Shown piece by piece: positions 1 to 6,938 of a stretch of 64,000 bases of DNA; position 1 is the first letter of the stretch, and each line of letters opens with the position of its first letter. This stretch comes from Oscillospiraceae bacterium (GTDB lineage: Bacteria > Bacillota > Clostridia > Oscillospirales > CAG-272). The stretch is taken from contig SVRN01000001.1 of assembly GCA_015064805.1 (NCBI GenBank), positions 58,302 through 122,301 on the forward strand, given 5' to 3'. A model generated the notes under the pieces. It saw only the letters and a program-made list of their open reading frames with translations. It did no database searches and was not told where the DNA came from. Position numbers and translations under genes: made by a program.

Positions 1-372
1 GATAGCGCAAAGTCCTGAGAACATGTCGAAGTAGAAGGGAAATGCTTTGCACAAGGTAGGGTTGATATTATGAATGCTGCATTTGCCGTTTACAAGGGCC
101 TTGCAGGTTCCGTCAGGCTCCAGCGCCATTTTGTAGTAGGGCTTTTGCATTTCCTCCGAGTAGCCCTCTTCAATCAGATAAGCATAGCCGTTTTCGTAGA
201 GCTTTTGAAAGTCCTCTGGGGTCAACACGATCTCGTCAAATGGACGATTGTCAATATTGTCCAGCTCATTTGTTATGCCGGAAAAACGACCGCAGCAGCT
301 GTGCGTGCAGTGGTGCATCTTGCAGCAAAAATTAATTTTACCGTCTTTGATTTTCATGCTGTGATTACTCAT
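1..372 (-). CDS. Cys-cluster protein, YkgJ/CxxCxxCC-like; only the 5' part is present because the gene runs off the left edge of the window
   Basis: I translated the minus strand from the ATG at 370-372: MSNHSMKIKDGKINFCCKMHHCTHSCCGRFSG...EPDGTCKALVNGKCSIHNINPTLCKAFPFYFDMF. The N-terminal Cys cluster plus a C-x(n)-C-x-I-x-x-x-NP-x-x-C-x-x-FPF second half resemble the YkgJ-type zinc/iron-chelating domain. A GGTGA RBS lies between the upstream TAA (381-383) and the ATG. The ORF is absent from the track because it is open at the window edge. Confidence 0.55.
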   Translation of the reverse strand, partial: MSNHSMKIKDGKINFCCKMHHCTHSCCGRFSGITNELDNIDNRPFDEIVLTPEDFQKLYENGYAYLIEEGYSEEMQKPYYKMALEPDGTCKALVNGKCSIHNINPTLCKAFPFYFDMFSGLCAI

Positions 373-380
373 AATTCACC

Positions 381-3134
381 TTATCTTTCCGTCATTTTTT
401 TGAAGCTGATGAGCAGTGGGTCTATCATCCAAGTGCAATCGTCACTGACTCTGCCGTAATGGGGAATACAGTAATAATCGTCGGGATTTGTCAGAGGCTT
501 GGAGGTCAGAATATAGTTTGCCTCTCTCTTGGTGGCGTCATTCTTTGGAGAAGCGGTTTCGTAGGCGACCATGGTAATATTATCGCGTCGGATTTTCGTT
601 TCTCTCATGGATGCGACGATGGGATAAATGCAGCGCGCCATAGATACGAGTGTATCGTCGTTGCCGCAGATATAGTCGCCCGTGGCGTCCTTATTCTTTC
701 CGCGCTCGTTCTCGCCTCTGATATAATCGTCGATTGTCTCTTTTCTCTTCCATTTTGCATCGTCGCCAAATTTCAGGAAAGCGTAGAAATTGACAATCTG
801 CAGCTCAAGGTCGTTGTACTCATTCTTGCAGACCTGACTCTGAACCTCTTCGGTGTGAAGAAGAAGCCTGTCAATATCTTCGGTCAATTTCTCGAATTCG
901 GAATACTTGCGATACAGTTTGCTTTTCTGTATCACCTCGCGAATGTCTGAGGCATTTTTACTTTGCTCGCTATTGCCCACTTCGAGCTTTTCCAAGTACT
1001 CATCAATGGGAGAAGACTCGTCAAGATTCACGGGAACAATAAATTCCATGACCTTATCGTATTCATTTTGACCATATCTGCGTTTTGCCTCTTCCTCGGC
1101 CCATTTCAGCTCTTTAGCAACCGGTTTGCTGATCGCGGCATTGCGGCTCATAAAGACCACGACGCCTGCACATTGGCGGTTCTTTATTGCATTTTTTGCG
1201 CGCTGAGCCCAATCATTACCGCCGTGGAAATCCTTTTTGTCAAAGAAGACCTGATAACCCATTTCAGTCCACTTTTCGACGAACTGAGAAATGCGGTGAA
1301 GATCTTTTTCCTTGGAGGCAAGGGTGTCTTTATCATCATGCTCGTCATCCTTGTGGGCGTAACTGATGAATATGTACCTGTCGGTGAGGTAGCTGGAGGG
1401 CTTGGTTTTATGATCTTTCTTAAGTAAATCAAGAATGTCTTCGGCATAATCTTTGTAGGTGACTTTATTGCATATTGCCTTTCGTCCGAGCAGAGTCAGG
1501 ATAGCGGGACAGTTTTCCGAGCGCTCTATGACCTTACCGAAGCGTTCAAACAATACACTAAGATCAAGATTTTTGATTTCGTCCTTGACTTTCCAAAGCT
1601 GGTCATAATAGAATGGCTCGTTGAACGCGTCGTTTTTATCAAGACAGCGTGCATCGGTAAGCGGCTCGTACAACTCAATCAAAAGACGCATTACCCGCTT
1701 CAGATCATCCTCAAGGGGCGTTTCGGTGCTCTTGACCATCAGGTAATAATCGTCTATCGAGTACATGACCTCTTTGTCTATGAACAAATTGTCAGATTGT
1801 ATGCCGGCTGCTTTCAGAATGGTGAAGGCACGCCACTCGGCGATGATCTCTCTGCGGCGATTTTTGTATAGGTTGGAGGACTCGTAGGGGATCTTCTTTT
1901 TGAGCACCTTGATGTGAGCGCCTATTTCTTTTTCGCATTCGCTGATGCAAGGACTTGCTGCCTCCGCACTTCCCAGAAGATTGACGAGAACGCCTTTGAA
2001 AAGCGCACTTCTCCGGTTGCTTTCACTTTCATCGTCATCACGTGTGTAAAACACACTACGCACAGTTCTGAAGAAACCATGATTGATAAAAAGACCAAAG
2101 AAAATTTTGTCAATGTTTTCGAGAAGTATGATTTTATTGTTGTGCCAATGCTGGTTGCTTATGCTGCTACGGATATCTTCATCCGCGAACAGCTCGTTCA
2201 GTTCACCGCGGATGTCGGAATTTCGCTGGTTCCCGCGAAGTCCCCAAAACGGGGCAAGTGCCGCCTCAAAGGCGTTCGCCAATTTCTGCATGAAGGCGAA
2301 ATCACACCAGTACTCATCGATCGACAGCCAGTCTCCCGGTATTTCGAGAGATTGGAAAATCATGCGTACGGTCTCATTTTTAGAGGCCTGCCATCTGATC
2401 TGGCACGGTTCCGGTGTCGCGTTCAGCTCGTTAAGGCGTCTGAGACTGATGAGCAGCTCACCACTGCGCTCGCCTCGGGACACCGAGGTCATAACGTAGC
2501 AATTCGGCGTATATTCCTTGACCCAATTATCCTTTTCGTTGTTTCGGAAAAACAAGAAAGGGCGACAGTCGATTTCCGCGGTTGCGTTGCTCCCGCTTTC
2601 GTCGGTGTAATTGAAGATAAACCGCATATGCTCAAAATCAACGTCTGTGTTTTTAAGCAAGGGAAGTGATTCTACATAAGAGATAAAGATTGATTCGCTT
2701 AGCCGAAGCCCTCCAAATCTCGTTTCCGTTGCTTTTTTGAGATAATTTGAGACTTTTTGAATAATAGTATCGGGACCGTCAAAGACATTTTTGCCAAGTT
2801 CCTTGGAAAGTTCAAGGAAGGAAAATACCTGCTGCTTGCTCATCGGCTGCTTGTTGGCAGGGGTTTTGCTTTCGCCATTCGGCCAAACACTTTTGATATT
2901 ATTGCGTAGAATCATGGAGTATTGGGTTTGACTAAGCGTGGTGCCGTTTTTCAAGAGACACGCAAACGTAAAGGCCTGTATTAACGAGACATAAAGCAAA
3001 CCGATGTTAAAAGCAAGAGCAGGGTAACTAGACTCATACTCCAGATCCCTCATACGCGCCCTATTTTGACCAAAAAAGATTTTCGCAACAGCCTCGGACA
3101 TCAGGCCTTGGCTCATAAACTGATTATAGTTCAT
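381..3134 (-). CDS. 917-aa TIR-domain protein: ~585-aa unrecognised N-terminal region, central TIR domain, ~170-aa unrecognised C-terminal region
   Basis: This is a long uninterrupted ORF. Its ATG overlaps the upstream stop as ATGA (3131-3134). Its low-GC codon usage matches its neighbours. The TIR motif block is annotated separately. Confidence 0.8.
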   Translation of the reverse strand: MNYNQFMSQGLMSEAVAKIFFGQNRARMRDLEYESSYPALAFNIGLLYVSLIQAFTFACLLKNGTTLSQTQYSMILRNNIKSVWPNGESKTPANKQPMSKQQVFSFLELSKELGKNVFDGPDTIIQKVSNYLKKATETRFGGLRLSESIFISYVESLPLLKNTDVDFEHMRFIFNYTDESGSNATAEIDCRPFLFFRNNEKDNWVKEYTPNCYVMTSVSRGERSGELLISLRRLNELNATPEPCQIRWQASKNETVRMIFQSLEIPGDWLSIDEYWCDFAFMQKLANAFEAALAPFWGLRGNQRNSDIRGELNELFADEDIRSSISNQHWHNNKIILLENIDKIFFGLFINHGFFRTVRSVFYTRDDDESESNRRSALFKGVLVNLLGSAEAASPCISECEKEIGAHIKVLKKKIPYESSNLYKNRRREIIAEWRAFTILKAAGIQSDNLFIDKEVMYSIDDYYLMVKSTETPLEDDLKRVMRLLIELYEPLTDARCLDKNDAFNEPFYYDQLWKVKDEIKNLDLSVLFERFGKVIERSENCPAILTLLGRKAICNKVTYKDYAEDILDLLKKDHKTKPSSYLTDRYIFISYAHKDDEHDDKDTLASKEKDLHRISQFVEKWTEMGYQVFFDKKDFHGGNDWAQRAKNAIKNRQCAGVVVFMSRNAAISKPVAKELKWAEEEAKRRYGQNEYDKVMEFIVPVNLDESSPIDEYLEKLEVGNSEQSKNASDIREVIQKSKLYRKYSEFEKLTEDIDRLLLHTEEVQSQVCKNEYNDLELQIVNFYAFLKFGDDAKWKRKETIDDYIRGENERGKNKDATGDYICGNDDTLVSMARCIYPIVASMRETKIRRDNITMVAYETASPKNDATKREANYILTSKPLTNPDDYYCIPHYGRVSDDCTWMIDPLLISFKKMTER
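900..1379 (-). other. TIR domain (approx. aa 586-745 of the 917-aa protein)
   Basis: The block RYIFISYAHKDDE...LHRISQFVEKWTEMGYQVFFDKKDFHGGNDWAQRAKNAIKNRQCAGVVVFMSRNAAISKPVAKELKWAEEEA follows the bacterial TIR_2 pattern: an FISY-x-x-x-D start, G-x-x-W, the hydrophobic strand VVVFMS, then S-x5-EL. The candidate catalytic Glu675 codon is at 1110-1112; I verified the local reading AKELKW. Confidence 0.7.
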
Positions 3135-4504
3135 GCTTGATTCTCCTCAGCTTGATTCTCCTTGGCCGGAAGGGAAAGTTCACAGATCTTCTCTGCAAGC
3201 TTACCGTACACACGGAAGGCGCGAAGCTGATCGGCGACGCCGCCGATTTGCTCCTCGGAGAGCAGAATACGTTCTTCCCACTTGAAAAGCTCGACCTCGT
3301 TGAGCACGCTATCCTTACTGCAGAAGGTATCGTTAACAATGTTACCAAAACGGCGCGCAAGACCAGCGATCGCTTCAATTGCGGCATTGCGCTTGACGCA
3401 AAGATAATCTGAGTTGTCGTCGGGCTCGGCATACATAGGAACGGCGGTCGGGAGGAGCACGATCGGCTTGTACTTATCTCCCGCTGCTTTTCTTGTCTCT
3501 CCATTGATTTTCTTCTTTTCAAGAAAATCGCTGTGGACAGAGAGCTGGGCTTCGGTTCCGCTACGGAACTGCTTTGTAGGACGCATACAATAGACGAGCA
3601 CGTCGGAGACCTCGTGAAGTGCTTCAGCACTGCTTTGTACACCGGCGCCGCTGTCAAAAACAATTGCACAGTAACCATAATCTTCACACGTGTCTATCAG
3701 GCGTCTGAAGTTCGATGTTGTGTTTTCATCTCGAACAATCTGTGCCCCCTCGTACGCTATGTCGACGCCGAGAAAACGGATGGTCCCTTTGTCCTTGCCA
3801 AAATGGCTGGAAATGTCCAGAAAGCTGGTTGCGGGGAGCCTTTTTCTGATTGCGATTTCCGTTGCTTCTGCTTTTTGATCATCGGTGAGTTCCATATTGT
3901 GATGTATGTCTAAAAGGTCGCCACCGATACGCTTCAGTGGAAGCCGGTACAGCTGCACTCGCTTTTGATCTTTTTCGGCATCGATATCGTCTTGGAAGCC
4001 GGCCGTTGTTCTTTTATAGGCTTCGCAGTATTCGGACAGAACGCTTTTTTCGGCCCGGGTAAGCCTAACACCGTTAAGCATAGCCCGTATGGTCTCGGAC
4101 GTGCATGGGCTGTTGGGAAAGAAATCGCTAAACACGAATGCAAGTTCTTCGGCGAGGGTGCTGTCTATATCCGAGGTCCAATCCATAGTAAAAGCGGCAC
4201 TCTTATTTTGGAATATTCTGAGTTCGGATTGATAGTTTTCCAGGTAGGTAGCCTCGGGATTGAGAATCATCCTGGTTGTATGAATGGTATCGCTAAAAAG
4301 ATCCGTGAAAGGGTTTTGGTTACCGGTGTTGAAGAAATAAGTTAGACCTGCGCTCTCTAAATCAGTGTCAACAAGAAGGATGGGATGCTCGGGGCTGGCC
4401 TTAAGGACGTCGGCAAGATGACGTACGGTGTTGATCGCAGTCGTGCTTCGACCGGAGCCACCCTTGTACGAATAAAACGTAAAGCTGTTGATGTGCTCTG
4501 CCAT
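3131..4504 (-). CDS. ParA/MinD-like (SIMIBI) P-loop ATPase, 457 aa, with variant Walker A KGGSGRST and a ~200-aa insertion
   Basis: The N-terminus FTFYSYKGGSGRSTTAINTVRHLA...PILLVDTDLESAG matches the deviant Walker A plus the hvLlvDxDxq strand of ParA/MinD. A Walker B-like strand YCAIVFDSGAG does not appear until about aa 278-288. The Arg19 codon at 4448-4450 replaces the canonical GK[ST] lysine. Confidence 0.75.
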   Translation of the reverse strand: MAEHINSFTFYSYKGGSGRSTTAINTVRHLADVLKASPEHPILLVDTDLESAGLTYFFNTGNQNPFTDLFSDTIHTTRMILNPEATYLENYQSELRIFQNKSAAFTMDWTSDIDSTLAEELAFVFSDFFPNSPCTSETIRAMLNGVRLTRAEKSVLSEYCEAYKRTTAGFQDDIDAEKDQKRVQLYRLPLKRIGGDLLDIHHNMELTDDQKAEATEIAIRKRLPATSFLDISSHFGKDKGTIRFLGVDIAYEGAQIVRDENTTSNFRRLIDTCEDYGYCAIVFDSGAGVQSSAEALHEVSDVLVYCMRPTKQFRSGTEAQLSVHSDFLEKKKINGETRKAAGDKYKPIVLLPTAVPMYAEPDDNSDYLCVKRNAAIEAIAGLARRFGNIVNDTFCSKDSVLNEVELFKWEERILLSEEQIGGVADQLRAFRVYGKLAEKICELSLPAKENQAEENQA

Positions 4505-4536
4505 AATTAATATTACCTCTTAATTCATTAACTAAA

Positions 4537-6618
4537 TTACTTATTTGCTGATTCCAGAAGGATTTGATACAGCATAGCCAGCGTTTTTCCTTGGCTATTC
4601 CAGTTCCCACCTGCAACGATTTCAGAAAGAAGCTGTTTTATTTGCATGGAGACTGCCTCCATGGCCTTCTTCTCCTCGTCCGCTTTCATGCCGAGAGAAG
4701 ACTTTTTATTTGCTTCGTGTACGAATTGAAGAATTTGAAGGTTTTGAAGCTGATTAAACAATTTGCCAAGAGAAATCATCAACTGAATAGCAGGGTTGGA
4801 AGCATTTGTATTGAGCAGTTGCCCATCAACATCAATGGTATTCAGCTCCGTGACATAGTCGATTACTGCCTGGATATTGATAGTGCTGTCAGCGGGAGGC
4901 GTTGCGCCCACGGTCCGAGTGATTACCTCTTTGCCTTCTTCGCTTGCGAGATACTCAGCAATTTTTTTCTCCAAGAGAACGTCGAACTCGCTCTTGGCAG
5001 GGGGAGGGTCGACGGGTGGGTCTCCGGTATATTTTGTGTGATCAAGCTCTGTCGCTTCGAATTTGTTGAGGTAATCGTAGTAGTCAACGATAGATTCGAC
5101 AGAACGCTCGGTGATAAGCAGACTATATTTTTCACCATCCCACAGACCGGCTATGGTGTTCTTAAGTTCGGAATTCTGATTTGCCCGCTCATTGAGAATG
5201 TCGTTGAACAAGCGGTCAACCGACATGTCCGGCTGCTCGGAAATATAGTAGCAGAACATGGTGTTTGCGCGAAGTGCCATAGGAACGATGGAAGGGTCCT
5301 TAAACTTTTTGGAGTCGTGTACGTTACGAATCTGTTCTATTACCTCATCCTCCTCGTGCACCCATTGAATGGGGAGCTCGGCTCTGTTCCAGAACTTTGC
5401 TCCGGTTCTGGAGGCTTGCATAAATTGTGCTCTTGCCGTGTGAATGGTTTGCTCCATTGCGTTTTTCCAAAGCTCATTGATTTTCTTGCCGCTACCATCC
5501 TTGCCAAGGTAATAGTTTGCTTCATTTTTGCTGAGATGGGAACGGCACAGATCAATAAGACGTGCGCGCTCGGAGCCGTTGCACATTACGGCGAAACGCT
5601 TATCTACAGACATGGAAACCATCATATCCACGAGGAAATAGGTATAGTTAAGATTGTAGTAACGTACAAACTCTCTCAAATCCTTATCCTTGCCTTCTGG
5701 GGTGTGATCCCACATGCCCAGACGGGCTCTGAACTCCTCGTTTTCCGCGCCGTTCATATCTTCGCAGGTGGCTAGCGTGGGCATATCGAACATACAGGTC
5801 TCGATGAGCCACGTCTGGACCTTTTCTCTTGCGTTTTCTACTGCCTTGGTTACGTCGAAGCCGAGCGTGGTATCCAAATGCTTTATAAGCGTTTTATCGG
5901 TAAGCCTGATTTTCTCCTTTTCCATATCTTCGTCTGAAAGCTCCGAATACGTGTAGGCGATTTCACCGAGCACGTAGTCGAAAAAGTCAGCGAGAGACGC
6001 GCAGGCAGAGTAGGTAAAGTACAGCGAAGCGGAGGATTCGGTATCTGCGTTGAAGCCCCACATGCCGTCTTCTCTCTGCGCTTTGAGCAGACGCTCTAAC
6101 GAGTCCACCATAAGCTCCAGATACTGCTTGCGGGTTTTATCGTCAAAACGGATAATGCCGCCCAAGTCGTTGTTGTCATTGGGAAGATCAACTCTGCGCG
6201 AGAGGATCGAAACCGAAAGCACCCACGTGAGGGTATCAACGTATCCGGCGTTGTTTCCACAGAAGAGAGCTACGGCGTCTGTACTGTCACAATCCACTAA
6301 CGGATCTGCGGTGTAGCCGTAGTTGGTGACGCGTTCATAAATCTTGTTCAGGGACTCCTTGTGAAGATTGGCGATCTCACGGCGGTCCTCTTCGCTGATT
6401 ACGTTCTCGTCTTCGTTGAAGGCAAGAAGAAGCAGAAGAAGAGAAGTAAGGCCAACGGCTTCGGATACGAGGCCTGGAGAGTCCATGCTGTCCATATCGA
6501 CAAAAGCCTTGCTTTCATTCCACTTTCCAATAAGCGTTTGCTTGGTTAGCGCCGCAGCTTCACGGACTTTTTGGATTTTTGACAAAATCTTGTTGCTTTT
6601 TTCTTTGACGCTTGGCAT
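4537..6618 (-). CDS. 693-aa orphan, mostly helical protein, possibly an alpha/alpha-toroid; first gene of the TIR operon
   Basis: This is a long ORF with an AAGGAGG RBS 7 nt upstream of the ATG at 6616-6618. A single QREDGMWG motif (6055-6078) resembles the QxxDGxW repeat of terpene cyclase/prenyltransferase-like toroids. A Pro-rich linker (GDPPVDPPPAK) precedes a ~150-aa helical tail. I recognise no other domain. Confidence 0.7.
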   Translation of the reverse strand: MPSVKEKSNKILSKIQKVREAAALTKQTLIGKWNESKAFVDMDSMDSPGLVSEAVGLTSLLLLLLAFNEDENVISEEDRREIANLHKESLNKIYERVTNYGYTADPLVDCDSTDAVALFCGNNAGYVDTLTWVLSVSILSRRVDLPNDNNDLGGIIRFDDKTRKQYLELMVDSLERLLKAQREDGMWGFNADTESSASLYFTYSACASLADFFDYVLGEIAYTYSELSDEDMEKEKIRLTDKTLIKHLDTTLGFDVTKAVENAREKVQTWLIETCMFDMPTLATCEDMNGAENEEFRARLGMWDHTPEGKDKDLREFVRYYNLNYTYFLVDMMVSMSVDKRFAVMCNGSERARLIDLCRSHLSKNEANYYLGKDGSGKKINELWKNAMEQTIHTARAQFMQASRTGAKFWNRAELPIQWVHEEDEVIEQIRNVHDSKKFKDPSIVPMALRANTMFCYYISEQPDMSVDRLFNDILNERANQNSELKNTIAGLWDGEKYSLLITERSVESIVDYYDYLNKFEATELDHTKYTGDPPVDPPPAKSEFDVLLEKKIAEYLASEEGKEVITRTVGATPPADSTINIQAVIDYVTELNTIDVDGQLLNTNASNPAIQLMISLGKLFNQLQNLQILQFVHEANKKSSLGMKADEEKKAMEAVSMQIKQLLSEIVAGGNWNSQGKTLAMLYQILLESANK

Positions 6619-6669
6619 AATCAGCCCTCCTTGAATTGAAAGATATGGTGGGAATTAAAATTATAAATT

Positions 6670-6698
6670 ATTATAGCACATAATTTGATCATTTGCAA
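6670..6698 (-). promoter_or_regulatory. Sigma-A-type promoter of the TIR operon
   Basis: The minus strand reads TTGCAA (6693-6698), a 17-nt spacer, then TGc-TATAAT (the -10 hexamer at 6670-6675). It lies about 50 nt upstream of the 6618 start in an AT-rich spacer. Confidence 0.55.
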
Positions 6699-6848
6699 CA
6701 AAATATTTGAAATTTATACGGTTTTATGTATAAATTTGATATATTAGCGTATAAGTGGATATTATCATAATTGCGCACCGACCGTGCCGGGTTCTCGCAG
6801 GCGCGAAAACGGTAATTCCACGGGAACTGTCAGGAGAAAGATTTATTA

Positions 6849-6877
6849 TTGACAATTTTTGTCAATTCATGTATAAT
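6849..6877 (+). promoter_or_regulatory. Consensus sigma-A promoter for the downstream transporter; the -35 is embedded in a palindrome
   Basis: TTGACA (6849-6854), 17 nt, TATAAT (6872-6877). The palindrome TTGACAAtttTTGTCAA (6849-6865) overlaps the -35. Confidence 0.5.
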
Positions 6878-6938
6878 TGAAAACGCAAAGCACATCGGCC
6901 GAGTTCAATGCCGATATGAATGTGACAGAGGAGAGATT

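Noticed and set aside
70-6634. Numerous plus-strand ORFs (for example 70-459, 459-950, 1914-2669, 4564-5775) inside the TIR operon region.
   Set aside because: All overlap the long, coupled minus-strand genes. They have no RBS and show low-complexity or hydrophobic nonsense composition. The ORF at 70-459 is antisense to the YkgJ-like gene.
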